DNA of 64,000 nucleotides from Azolla caroliniana (Eukaryota; Plantae; Polypodiophyta): NCBI GenBank assembly GCA_043228905.1, contig JBHGNT010000009.1, positions 21,080,001 to 21,144,000 of the forward strand, read 5' to 3'. Shown piece by piece: positions 13,416 to 24,700 of this stretch (position 1 is its first letter; each line of letters starts with the position of its first letter). The notes under the pieces were generated by a model. It saw only the letters and a program-made list of their open reading frames with translations, ran no database searches and was not told where the DNA came from. The position numbers and the translations under genes were made by a program.

Positions 13416-14975
13416 AAAACTAGAGAAAAAGGAAACAAGAAAACAACACGAAACAAAGGAACCTGAATGCGAGTAGACAGGAGAGGTGTTGTACAGTCAT
13501 GGTTCTCTGTCAGCACAACCAATCCCTCACAGGTCTCTGTCTCCACTTCGGTAGAACGCTCTTCTGCTTGTTCTCACTCTTTCAGTTTCTGTTTTCTTCT
13601 CTTTTTTCTGTTTTTCTCTCTGTTTCTATTTTTCCTCTATGTTCTCTAAAAAAAAGTCCCGCTTTGTTTCCTCCTTCTCCTTTTATGTTTTTGTCCTTGT
13701 TGTCCAACGTCAATGTACCTATGTTCACACACACAAAAGACACACCAAAAAACATACAAAAAAAGGGTATACACACACATATATAAATATAATTATAAAT
13801 AATTATAACTTTTCACCTTTTTGGCCCTAAGCCAATTCGGTGCTCAGTCGACTCCCAATCAGCTGAGCAATGCTCGGTCAATTCTCAGTCGGCCCTTCGG
13901 CTCTCAGCTGGCTCCATGTTATGGGCTCCACTTGATTGGATAGACCAAACACCTAAGCCATAGGCCCTTGCCACTCTCCATCAATGGGGACTTTCACATT
14001 CACAATTTCCCCTATATTGGTGTCGGCTACTAGCCTTCCCCGTTTCATAGCTCTAGATTTGCTATATGGGCCATCGGGGTTCTACTTGGTGGTGGAAGTG
14101 CATGGCAGGGTAAGGTTTACCTTACCTCGCCTTCACGGTGTCGTGAAGAAAACCGTCCATAAGCGGAATCGGCAGACCAAGGCGTGGGAACCGGTTCCTC
14201 ACGCGCGCACGCTCCAAGTCGAACATAGAAGCGAGTTAGGAGGATAATCGGCAGGAACGGGCCCTAACACGAGTGGAGACAAAGACCGCGCGAACAGTCT
14301 TTTCGGTCGCGCGCGCGAGCTAAGGGACGGCACGAGTCGGCGGCGTAACTACGCGGATGCGTGAAGAACGGCGCGGATCCCTGTTCGAAAGGGACAGGGA
14401 ATAAAGCTGACATGACGGCCTGCTCGCCGGCCTATATAAGGAGCAGGAAAGAGCTGTTGCAGGGATCTCGCGCGGAGAGGACGAAGTGCTGTCGGACCGT
14501 TTCTGGACGCTTCTCTCTCTGTTTCCTTCCTTCTTGAGCTCCATAGCTTTTCTGTGCAGGGTTCCGAGGGGGCTCGTGCTGCTTCGAGGAACGCCCGAGT
14601 GCTTCCGGCAGCACCTCCGACCTGCTTCCCCCCCCCCCCCTTTTGTGCATCGAAGCGAACAAGTATCGGCATCTGTTCGCCGGCTTGTTCGGTTGTAACC
14701 AACCTGAGCCCCATCGAGGGTTGTAGTCGTGTTAGCCATTTTTGTTAATATACATATTTAGTCGTTCGCGTCTGTCTGTGTCGGTGTCTGTTCGCGTTCT
14801 CCGTGCTGAAGGGCCGTGTCCCTGTGTATCCCCGGTCCTGCGTAGCCGGTTCTCTCTCTTTCTCCTCCCTCGCTTGCTCTTTTCTCTCTTTCTCCTCCCT
14901 CGCTTGCTCTTTGGTTCGAGACCCCCGCGGTCCCGCCTCATCTCCACACGCACTTGTGAAATATCTCGACATATT

Positions 14976-14993
14976 TGGTGAACCCGACGTGAA
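14976..14993 (+). other. Primer-binding site complementary to tRNA-Trp
   Basis: TGGTGAACCCGACGTGAA is the reverse complement of TTCACGTCGGGTTCACCA, the 3' end of plant cytosolic tRNA-Trp as I recall it. Confidence 0.8.
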
Positions 14994-15015
14994 AGAGGCG
15001 GCAGAAGAGCAGAAG

Positions 15016-17142
15016 ATGAGGGGGTCGGATCTCGCAGAGGCCATGGCTTCAGCCGTGGATCGGATTGTAAACGCGCGCGAGATCACCGGTGCCCTCGACA
15101 GAGCTATTGAGGCGGTCGTCGGCACGATCGGCCGGTTCGATGGGAAGGATGCCACGAAGTATTTGGCGTCCTACGGTGCAGAGATGCTGATGCGGGACAT
15201 TCCGGAAGAAAGGCGTCTTGCCGGATTTCCCCGAGTGGCGATGCCGAGCATCCATGCGGAGGTGCTCGAGGTGCGGACGGAGAGCCGTACCTGGGAGGAG
15301 TTCGAAGGTCGGCTCCTAGAGAAATACGGGCTGGACGACGCGCTCCGGCTTTCGAAGCGAAGGTTCATGGAATGGGTGGAGTCCCCGGGGAAGGGAAGAA
15401 ATGCGTCGGCGCTCCTCCGGGAGTTCGAGGAAAACTTTGCGCGCCTTTCGGCGCTCGACCGAACCATCCTGGACACGAGCCGGGTCTTGCTGTTTGTCAA
15501 GTCGGTCGACGAACGGGATCGGGAGCACGTGGGCCTCTTGCTGGAAACCGAAGACGGGCTCACTACCGACTGGGCGGCTGTCAGGAAGGTCTGTGGCCGT
15601 TTCGACAAACGGCGAGAATGGGCGGATAACGGTGCAACCGGGTCGGGCTCGGTCGCAGCAAGGAAGCTCGAACCAGCGCCACAGGTGCGAAAGGAAGAGA
15701 CCCGAGAGTGGTTGGATACCGGTTCGGCTTCGACCGGCGTAGTCAGAGGCTCAACCGGAGGAGCGGCGCTGGAGGAATTGACGAAGGCGATAAAGGACCT
15801 CCAAATCGCGCAGGCCCGAAGGGAAGGAGGCGAACCGGCTCGTGACCGACGGCCGGCGGCAGGAAACAGGTGCATGTGGTGCGATGAAGTCGGCCACATT
15901 CGGAAGGACTGCGGCGACTTCGCGGAGGCGCTGAGGAACAGGGTGGTGTACCTGTGGGAAGGACGGGTACATGCCAGCGACACCCGAAGGGCCCTGAGCC
16001 GAAACGACGGAAAAGGTGGTATGAAAAGGTTGATGGAAGAGGCGGCGGCCCGACACGCGGAAACCGTTCACTACTCGGCGTCGGCCGGCATTCGAGTCGG
16101 GGGCGGCGAGGCCCGAAGGGAAAGCAAAGCCGGATTCTGGCCGACGATGCTGGAAGGCCTTGCCGGTGCAAGGCTTAAAGGGGAGGAATCGGACCGTGCG
16201 GAGAAACGGGTACGGGAGATGACCGGGTGGAGCGACCCGGTCGAGGAAAGGACGGGCTTCGTGGAAGCCGCTTGCCAGAACTACGAGGCTCTGGTAGAAG
16301 AGAAGCGGGTGGGGAGACCCGGGACGACCGGGCCCTCACAACGATACGAGACCCGGTCCGGGCCGCGACGGGACGAAGCCGGCGGGGCCGGTACGCAAGA
16401 TAAACCCCAGAAGGGCGGGTACCGTCTGGGGACGGAGATAGAAAGGACCACGGACTTACGAAAGGTCCTGGAGGAACGGATCCTCGACAGCAAGGTGGAG
16501 CTGTCGTTACGAGAGGTGCTGGGAATCGCCAAGAAGGAGTTCCACGACTCCATCGTGGACTTGGTGAAACGGAAGAGGCTGTCGACGGAGACGGAACCGG
16601 AAAGACCAGTGGAAGTGCGGACGACGCACCTAGACGACATGGCGCTGGGAGACGAGTGGGCGGAAAGCCACTATTCGAGACCACACTGGGCCCGAGCGAC
16701 CACGGAAACCCCGGTGAAGATCGGCGATGTCCAGGAACAGGTGATAGCTTTGGTGGACCACGGATCGGAGATCAATTTGATGTCCATGGACTTCTATAAG
16801 AAGGGCAAATGGCCGATCAACACCAAGCACGGGTGGAAAATAAGGGCAGCAACGCGCGCCACCGAGGAACTGCACGGGGCCTGTCCGAATGTGCGAGTCA
16901 AGATCGGCGACGTCGAGATTGACCAGCACTTCTTCGTGCAGGAGACGTCTTCGCATCTGGTCATTCTGGGAGAGCCGTACATCACGGCGGCGCGAATGGA
17001 GACCAAAGTGCTGGACAATGGTTCGGCCTACGCAAGGGTCAAAAGCCAAGACGGGCGCCATTCGGTCCAGTTTCTGACGGTACGGCCGAACCACGAACGT
17101 AACCGCGATTCCCTCGGTTCCGAAAACCGAGAGGATTTTTAG
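15016..17142 (+). CDS. gag: Gag-protease polyprotein (ORF1)
   Basis: Zinc knuckle CMWCDEVGHIRKDC and aspartic protease LVDHGSEINLM...ILGEPY lie in the same frame. First ATG after the PBS is at 15016. Confidence 0.9.
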   Translation: MRGSDLAEAMASAVDRIVNAREITGALDRAIEAVVGTIGRFDGKDATKYLASYGAEMLMRDIPEERRLAGFPRVAMPSIHAEVLEVRTESRTWEEFEGRLLEKYGLDDALRLSKRRFMEWVESPGKGRNASALLREFEENFARLSALDRTILDTSRVLLFVKSVDERDREHVGLLLETEDGLTTDWAAVRKVCGRFDKRREWADNGATGSGSVAARKLEPAPQVRKEETREWLDTGSASTGVVRGSTGGAALEELTKAIKDLQIAQARREGGEPARDRRPAAGNRCMWCDEVGHIRKDCGDFAEALRNRVVYLWEGRVHASDTRRALSRNDGKGGMKRLMEEAAARHAETVHYSASAGIRVGGGEARRESKAGFWPTMLEGLAGARLKGEESDRAEKRVREMTGWSDPVEERTGFVEAACQNYEALVEEKRVGRPGTTGPSQRYETRSGPRRDEAGGAGTQDKPQKGGYRLGTEIERTTDLRKVLEERILDSKVELSLREVLGIAKKEFHDSIVDLVKRKRLSTETEPERPVEVRTTHLDDMALGDEWAESHYSRPHWARATTETPVKIGDVQEQVIALVDHGSEINLMSMDFYKKGKWPINTKHGWKIRAATRATEELHGACPNVRVKIGDVEIDQHFFVQETSSHLVILGEPYITAARMETKVLDNGSAYARVKSQDGRHSVQFLTVRPNHERNRDSLGSENREDF

Positions 17143-17198
17143 AGAGGACTGCCAAGGCGTGGGGCCGCGACAGTCCGGATGCTCCGGGAAACCCCCAC
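17133..17198 (+). other. Putative -1 ribosomal frameshift cassette (G GAT TTT slippery site + pseudoknot)
   Basis: Heptamer 17133-17139 directly precedes the ORF1 stop. The -1 frame is open through to pol. Stem GGACTG/CAGTCC and loop pairing GTGGGG/CCCCAC. Conserved in the second element at ~51092-51155 (minus). Confidence 0.75.
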
Positions 17199-20100
17199 AT
17201 CTGTACGATAAAACCGTGTACAATAGGTAGGAAATTTTGCTTCTCCGACAGCGGGGCATGTACGATGGTCGGCATCGCCGGCCGAGAGAAAACAAAGACG
17301 GAGGGGAGACTTCGAGCGTGCGGAGTTCTCGGCCCTGACGAAGAAATCAACGGAGCCGTGGAGGCAGTCTCCTTCGACGACACCTTGGGAATGCTGGGGA
17401 AGGTAGTCGAAGGAGACCTTAACGAAGACCGGACGATACCGGTGTGTTCCGAAGAAATGTACGAAGTCATCGCGGACTTCGGTCGAGGGCTCGAGTCGGA
17501 ACGGACGGCCCGAGTTAGCACCAGGTACAAGACTGTGGACCGGAAGGTGAGGCCAGTTGCGGCGCCCTTACCGGAGGGCAGCGAATCCCGAATCAAAGGG
17601 GTTGCATCGGACCCCAGCTTACGAGATCCGGCCTGCATAGGACATACCTTCACCAACGAGACGCTCCGCGAGCTGAAGATCGGTGGGGGCGGGTTCCTAC
17701 TGCCGGCGGAGGAAGACCGGTTTCGGAGAATGCTCGGAAGGCACGGGAAAGCCTTCGCATTCTCACCGGAGGAAATCGGGTGCGTAAACCCGACGATCGT
17801 AGAGCCGATGGTGATATTCACGGTACCGCATGTACCGTGGAATCTCAAGCCAATTCCGGTTCCGAGAGCTCACATCCCGAAGTTGATGGAGCTGTTGAAG
17901 CAGAAAGTTGATATGGGCATTCTCGAGCCGTCGAGCGCCCCGTACTCGAACCGGTGGTTTACCGTACCAAAGAAAAACGGATCATTGCGCTTCATTCAGG
18001 ACCTGCAACCGGTCAATAGGGTGACCATTCGGAACGCAGGGATTGGACCGACCATAGACGAGTTCGCGGAGGCCTTCGCCGGAAGGTCGATTTACTCGGT
18101 CGGTGATCTATATTCAGGGTACGACCAGTTCCAGCTAGCCGTGGAGAGCAGAGACATTACGACGATGCGAACTCCCCTCGGCCTAGTGCGGATGTGTACG
18201 CTGCCGCAAGGAGGGACCAACTCGGTGGCCCACATGGTGAATGCAATGAACAAGGTGCTGAGGGACTGCATCCCGGACATCACCATGCCGTTTCTAGACG
18301 ACATCCCGATCAAGGGATGCCCGGTAGAAGAGAAGGACGAGACGGTCGGGCCGGACGGATGCCGGCGATTCGTGATGGCGCACATCGACGACTGCGAGAA
18401 GGTGCTGCAAAGGCTAGAGGTTGCGAGGCTCACCTTCTCGGGGGAGAAATCAGCCTTCGGGCAGTCGGAAATCATGGTGGTCGGACACTTATGTGGGCCG
18501 TATGGCCGGAAACCGTCTCCGGCAAAGGTAGAAGCCATCTCCGCGATGAAGCCCGACTGCAGCTCGGTCACGGAAGTACGAAGATTCCTGGGGGCATGCG
18601 CATTCTACCACATATGGATCCCGCATTACGCCCACGTTGCGGAGCCGCTATACGGATTATTGAGGAAAGGGCGAAGATTCGAATGGCTAGACAAGCACAC
18701 GGAGTCGGTCCGGAAGCTGAAGGAGGCTCTTTCGGTAGCACCGGCGCTCCGAAAAGCCGTCTACAGGAAGGGCACCCCAGTGTACATGACGGTTGACACG
18801 AGTCCGACCGGAATCGGGTGGGTCGTCAACCAAGAAGACGAGGACGGCAATCGGTTTCCGATCCGATTCGGTGCGAAGGTCCTCAGCGAACGGCAGCGAG
18901 GATACGCCCAGGTTAAACGCGAACTCTGGGGTATCGTTTCGGCGGCGAAGGCCGACAAGGACTATCTGATCGGGACGGAGGTAATCATAGAGACGGATTG
19001 CATGCCGATTCTCGGCATGGTTTCCGGATGCGCGACGCCGGACCTGGCAATGCTCAGGTGGATAGCGTACATCAAGTCCCTAGACCCGGTAATACGACAC
19101 ATTTCCGGGAAAGACAACGCCATGGCCGACATGCTTTCAAGGGCGAGATTCGAGGACGAGGGCGGCATGGTCTCGGAGGACGAAGAGGTCGGCGTGGACT
19201 TCTTCGAGACTGCGTATGTAACAACCGGCGGGACAAGCATTCCGGCGCTTAACGACTTCGACGCGAGCAAGTACGACGGGGAGTGGCTGCAGATCGGTGG
19301 GTTTTTGAAGACAATGACGCCCGATGCGTCATGGACGAAGGACGAGGCCAACCGGATCCGGAGGAAAGCGTACCGGTTCTTTCTCCGGGATGGCTACCTA
19401 TGGAAGCACCCGAAGAAGAGGGACGGCGCTCCGCTCCGGGTGGTGGCGATGAAGGAAGAACAGGAGGAGCTGCTGACGGCCTACCATGACAGCCCTTGGG
19501 CTGGACACCGTGGAACATGGGCTACGTTTGAGAAACTGAAGGGGAAGTATTGGTGGCCGGGGCAGTACCAGGACGTGCATCGGTTCGTGACAACTTGCGA
19601 GAGCTGTCAGATGCACTCCATAGTCCGACATCGGGACGAGCTTCACCCCACGTACCCTCCGACCATCCACTTCAAATGGATGGTAGATCTGGTAACGATG
19701 CCAATGGGAGTAGGACAGATGCGGTACCTGGTCCTAGCGCGGGAGGATCTGACGAACCAGGTGGAAGGCCGGGCCCTTCCGAACAAAACGACCGCGGCCG
19801 TATGCCGGTTCCTAATCGAGGACGTGATATGCCGGTACGGGTGCGTCGGGAAGATCGTGGCTGACCGAGGGGAGTTGGACGCCGAAGAAGCCGCGGAGCT
19901 GTTCGACCGGCTGGGAGTCAAGCTCTCGCTCACCACTGCGTACAATCCGGAGGCGAATGGGAAGGTGGAGCGCGGACACGGGCCGATCGTCAAGGCGTTG
20001 GTTCGGGCATGCGGAGGCCAAGTCGGTAACTGGCCGCGGCTGCTACCTTATGCTTTGTGGGCAGACCGGACCACGCACAGTTCGGTAACCGGGTACATGC

Positions 20101-20621
20101 CGACGGAGCTCATGTTCGGCCAGAAGCCGATCATGCCGATGGAACGGACGATCTCCTCGTGGGCAACGGTCGACTGGAGGGACGAGATGAGCCGGGAGGA
20201 GTTGTTGGCCGCGCGCATACGACAGCTCGAGCGGAGACCGGAGGACGTGGAACTGGCTGCGGAGAAGCTCCGGGTGGCGAGGAAAAAGAACAAAGCCAGG
20301 TTCGACCGAACGCACCGGCTCCGACCGAAGAAAATCGAAGAAGGTGACTGGGTGCTCGTCTACGACAGCAGCCTCGACAACCAGCACCGAGCTACACGGA
20401 AGTTCGCACGAAGGTGGTTCGGGCCTTACGTGGTACGGAGCGCCAATGACAACGGGACATATCACCTGGCGGAACTTGACGGCACGAGAGTGGCGATACC
20501 GGTTGCAGGGAAGCGGATCAAAGCGTTCAAGAAGCGACATGACGACGAGCCGGACCCGGCTCTCCTGGTCGGCAGTGACGAACGATCCGAAAACGAGGAA
20601 GAACCGACGGGCGAGGAATGA
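17133..20621 (+). CDS. pol: Pol (RT-RNaseH-integrase), -1 frame relative to ORF1
   Basis: RT motifs DLYSGY, LPQG, FLDD. RNaseH VDTS, RELWG, ETDC, ADMLSR. Integrase HHCC and D,D35E (VDL, ADRG, NGKVER), GPY. Confidence 0.93.
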   Translation, partial: GFLERTAKAWGRDSPDAPGNPHICTIKPCTIGRKFCFSDSGACTMVGIAGREKTKTEGRLRACGVLGPDEEINGAVEAVSFDDTLGMLGKVVEGDLNEDRTIPVCSEEMYEVIADFGRGLESERTARVSTRYKTVDRKVRPVAAPLPEGSESRIKGVASDPSLRDPACIGHTFTNETLRELKIGGGGFLLPAEEDRFRRMLGRHGKAFAFSPEEIGCVNPTIVEPMVIFTVPHVPWNLKPIPVPRAHIPKLMELLKQKVDMGILEPSSAPYSNRWFTVPKKNGSLRFIQDLQPVNRVTIRNAGIGPTIDEFAEAFAGRSIYSVGDLYSGYDQFQLAVESRDITTMRTPLGLVRMCTLPQGGTNSVAHMVNAMNKVLRDCIPDITMPFLDDIPIKGCPVEEKDETVGPDGCRRFVMAHIDDCEKVLQRLEVARLTFSGEKSAFGQSEIMVVGHLCGPYGRKPSPAKVEAISAMKPDCSSVTEVRRFLGACAFYHIWIPHYAHVAEPLYGLLRKGRRFEWLDKHTESVRKLKEALSVAPALRKAVYRKGTPVYMTVDTSPTGIGWVVNQEDEDGNRFPIRFGAKVLSERQRGYAQVKRELWGIVSAAKADKDYLIGTEVIIETDCMPILGMVSGCATPDLAMLRWIAYIKSLDPVIRHISGKDNAMADMLSRARFEDEGGMVSEDEEVGVDFFETAYVTTGGTSIPALNDFDASKYDGEWLQIGGFLKTMTPDASWTKDEANRIRRKAYRFFLRDGYLWKHPKKRDGAPLRVVAMKEEQEELLTAYHDSPWAGHRGTWATFEKLKGKYWWPGQYQDVHRFVTTCESCQMHSIVRHRDELHPTYPPTIHFKWMVDLVTMPMGVGQMRYLVLAREDLTNQVEGRALPNKTTAAVCRFLIEDVICRYGCVGKIVADRGELDAEEAAELFDRLGVKLSLTTAYNPEANGKVERGHGPIVKALVRACGGQVGNWPRLLPYALWADRTTHSSVTGYMPTELMFGQKPIMPMERTISSWATVDWRDEMSREELLAARIRQLERRPEDVELAAEKLRVARKKNKARFDRTHRLRPKKIEEGDWVLVYDSSLDNQHRATRKFARRWFGPYVVRSANDNGTYHLAELDGTRVAIPVAGKRIKAFKKRHDDEPDPALLVGSDERSENEEEPTGEE

Positions 20622-21790
20622 AGACGGGCCGGTTTTCTCCGTCCCAACTCTCTTGGCGCATACCGGAGGATGCGCGGTTAGGTGGGGGCGGATGTCGTGA
20701 AGAAAACCGTCCATAAGCGGAATCGGCAGACCAAGGCGTGGGAACCGGTTCCTCACGCGCGCACGCTCCAAGTCGAACATAGAAGCGAGTTAGGAGGATA
20801 ATCGGCAGGAACGGGCCCTAACACGAGTGGAGACAAAGACCGCGCGAACAGTCTTTTCGGTCGCGCGCGCGAGCTAAGGGACGGCACGAGTCGGCGGCGT
20901 AACTACGCGGATGCGTGAAGAACGGCGCGGATCCCTGTTCGAAAGGGACAGGGAATAAAGCTGACATGACGGCCTGCTCGCCGGCCTATATAAGGAGCAG
21001 GAAAGAGCTGTTGCAGGGATCTCGCGCGGAGAGGACGAAGTGCTGTCGGACCGTTTCTGGACGCTTCTCTCTCTGTTTCCTTCCTTCTTGAGCTCCATAG
21101 CTTTTCTGTGCAGGGTTCCGAGGGGGCTCGTGCTGCTTCGAGGAACGCCTGAGTGCTTCCGGCAGCACCTCCGACCTGCTTCCCCCCCCCCCCCTTTTGT
21201 GCATCGAAGCGAACAAGTATCGGCATCTGTTCGCCGGCTTGTTCGGTTGTAACCAACCTGAGCCCCATCGAGGGTTGTAGTCGTGTTAGCCATTTTTGTT
21301 AATATACATATTTAGTCGTTCGCGTCTGTCTGTGTCGGTGTCTGTTCGCGTTCTCCGTGCTGAAGGGCCGTGTCCCTGTGTATCCCCGGTCCTGCGTAGC
21401 CGGTTCTCTCTCTTTCTCCTCCCTCGCTTGCTCTTTGGTTCGAGACCCCCGCGGTCCCGCCTCATCTCCACACGCACTTGCGAAATATCTCGACAACGGG
21501 TCGGATGAAGTCGCACATGGTCGCCCATGAGGTGCTCTATAATGCGGATGAGGTTGGCGCGGCCATGCTACATGCTCCCAATGGCCGCTTCTGGCAATGC
21601 GACTCGTCCGGCTACATTGTGGCGAATTGTGAGACCACACCCTCTAGCCCCACTTCTGACCCCGCCTGGTACTTCAAGTTCTTCCGTAATGCCACCGGAC
21701 ACCTTCTCTTCCAATCTTGGCTTGATGGCAAGTATCTCAAGTCTCTTGACATGCTTTACTCTCCCATTCCATCTACCTTCTAGGAGTCCA

Positions 21791-24700
21791 TGTTTGTTAA
21801 GAGTCTATTACTAATCAATAGACCAAACTAAAGTAAAAGAAGGAAAATAGAATGGATAGAAGAACCTGTTCCACCCGACCACCCTCGAGCTATGATCTAG
21901 ACATAGCCAACCCACCACCGACGTCCCATACCGCCGGATATTAGGATGACTAATACCTTGGAAGAGATAAACACGATCGTCGAGACAAAAGCCTAGCCTG
22001 CACCACCAGTGTCTAAGTCAACAACCTTTCGACGTAATGTGATTATGAGGGTAGCTAAGCCTCATATTTATACCTTTTCCTAGGCCCCTTGAATAGATGT
22101 GCCTTTCTAAAAGGCTCTCGATTCATTGGTTGTCCAAATCATGATAGTGCATGCACTTATCATTCCTTCTATCCAATCATTAGTCCCCTTTTTAACATTA
22201 GTGAACATACCCTTCACTAATGTAAATATTGGTGACCTACCCTCACCAACGTTATGTGTACATAACATACTCCCCTACTTCAAAAGATTGCACTCTTGCA
22301 ATATAAAGTGAGGAAATTGTGCCTTAAGAGTATGCTCGTGTTCCCATGTGGCATCATCAATAGGTTCATCCATCCATTTGATCTTGAATAGCAGAATCTC
22401 TTTAGAACGTAAACGTTTAGTACAAGAATCAAGAATTCGTTTAGGAACATGAGGTTTGTAAGAAAAATCCTCTAATGTTATCTTGGATTGTGATGGTTGT
22501 TAGATATAATCAATGATCAGCCCCAAGTTGTAAATCTATCCCCATATGTGCTCTTAGAGTGCACATTTTGTGATAGCGCCCCAAATGAGGAGCGGCTAGT
22601 GTGCAACTCGATCATATGGGTCGGTAAGGTGTTAATCTAGGAAACCGTAGATGCTTAGGACACAATGTATTTAGGAAACAGAGAAATAGGTAATAGGATT
22701 GGCTAATCAAGTCAACTAGAATATTTTGTGGGCAAGTTATGATGTACTTAGTCTTGAAGTATGCGTCATTGACTTCAAGATAAGTACTATCTAGCACTAG
22801 CCTGTACCTAGGGAGTTGGTCATATTAAATGACAAGTCAGTTGACTGAAAAGGAATATCTCCACTACTATCAACTGACGTGCACATTTAATGTTATAATT
22901 AGACCAAACATAGAAAGCAATCCACTTTCTTTTCACAGTGGTTGGCTTCATTATCAATCCCCACTAATTTTGTAGTGAGTTGGTCCATATCCTATCTAAG
23001 CTCTAAGGTGTGAGTGCATGGGAAAACTACCATTGTGAGCTACTCTCATATGTAATAGAAGTTTTGTTTTCATATATCCCATCTCTGTAGTTGTAACTCT
23101 ATATACCTATCTAATCGATTCTAAATATTTCTAACAATGGTGTTATCACCAGAGCCTAAAAATGGTTTTAGACGACTAACGTGAAAAATAGGACGAATAC
23201 CAACGTTATGGGGTAAAGGAAGGTGATAAGCAAATGACCCAACCCACTTAAGGATTTCAAATGGGCCACAATATCGTGGGGCAAACTTAGCGCACTTGCA
23301 CATAGACAATGATGTAGAGTCAATAGGGAAACACAAAAAAACTTTTTGACCAATAGTAAATGCATGAGGACGTCTATCCTGATCAGCATAAAATCGAGCA
23401 CGATCTTGAGCTGTCTTGACATTCTCTTTGGCAATATGCAACATTTGGTTCATGTCTTGCAAAAAATTGCGTGTATTGTCTAATGTATCACGATGAATCG
23501 TGACATCAACTGGGGCATGTGGCTGAAAACCATACATCAACATAAAAGGACTATATCCAGTGGATGTATGTTTAGAGCTATTATAGGCAAATTCTAAGAT
23601 AGGAAGGTATTGCTCCCACTTAGAAGGGATTTTTGCTACATAAGCTTGAAGCATGTCCTCAATAATTTGATTAACTCATTCAGTTTGTCCATCAGACTGA
23701 GGATGATCTACGAAACGCATGCTCAACATAGTTTCTAGTTTCTTAAAGACTTGAGTCCAAAAGTCACTAGTAAACTTGGAATCTCGATCACTAACAATAT
23801 CCATCAGTAATCCATAAAATTGAAATAACTCATCAACAAATTGATAAGTCAATTGTTGAGGGGTTACCGTGGTTTTGGTAGGAATAAATCTAGCCAATTT
23901 TGTTAGCCTGTCAACGACAACCCAAATGGCATCATGACCCCTCTGCGTACGAGGTAAACTAACAATAAAATCCATCGAGATACTTTCCCATTTGTTGTTG
24001 GGGATATCTAAGGGATGTAAAAGACCTGCGGCTTTAAATCGTTCCGACTTATTAATCTGACATTGTAAGCATTGAGTTACGTATTTATGCACGTCAGAGC
24101 ACATCTTAGGCCAGAAAAAAGTACTCGAGATGAGAACGAGTGTGCGTTGTATTCCAGGATGACCAGGAGATGGTGCATCATGACATTCATGAAGAATTTT
24201 CTGGTTTACGTTTGGTAAATCTGGAACATAGACCTTTCCACTACGGTAGAGTAAACCGTTTGTAATGTGAAAGGTCGCCTTCGAGGGTAGGGTGCTATAT
24301 CGACATCTAAACCAGATTCAACTTGCGTCCAGTATTTCGAAAAATAACTGTCATCAAGGTATTTCCCTCAAAGGTGATCTAAAAGATCAGATTTTATTTC
24401 CGTGAAGCTAAGCATGTTAACTTCTTTAATGCGACTAATAGCATCCGCAACAGTGTTTATAGAACCCTTGTGATATCGTATGGAAAAATCAAAATCTTGC
24501 ATAAGGTCAGCCCAACGGCCTTTACGACCAACAAGATCTGGCTGGTCACAAAAATACTTCAATGATTGATGGGCTGTTGTAACCACAAATTTATTTCCAT
24601 AGAGATAGTGCCTCCATGTTTTAAGTGCATGTATTACGACAAACAACTCTTTCTCTTGAACGGAATACCAAGATTGAGCAACATCAAGCTTCTTAATTTC

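Larger units (their letters stand above)
10599..13951 (-). mobile_element. Degenerate Ty1/copia LTR retrotransposon (5' LTR ~12759-13951, truncated 3' LTR 10599-10763)
   Basis: LTR starts match (TGTT(T/G)GGTCTATCCA). tRNA-iMet-like PBS TGGTATCAAAGCC at 12744-12756 (minus). PPT GGAGGGGGAGAA beside 10763. Gag/protease ORF present, pol largely deleted. Confidence 0.8.
14139..21495 (+). mobile_element. Complete, young Ty3/gypsy-type LTR retrotransposon
   Basis: LTRs 14139-14971 and 20693-21495 (TGTCG...CGACA) differ by ~2 substitutions and one 30-bp duplication. 4-bp TSD ACGG. PBS 14976-14993, PPT ~20676-20692, uninterrupted ORFs. Confidence 0.95.
13984..21790 (+). pseudogene. Lectin-aerolysin gene copy 3, exon 1 only, split by a gypsy insertion
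   Basis: 13984-14138 MGTFTFTISPILVSATSLPRFIALDL..., resuming at 21500 (GRMKSHMVAHEVLYNADE...). Stop at 21781-21783, then truncated by another LTR element. Confidence 0.88.

Noticed and set aside
14320-21640. Many antisense and overlapping ORFs in the gypsy element, including LTR ORFs
   Set aside because: Expected in GC-rich coding DNA. No recognisable domains and no env-like ORF.
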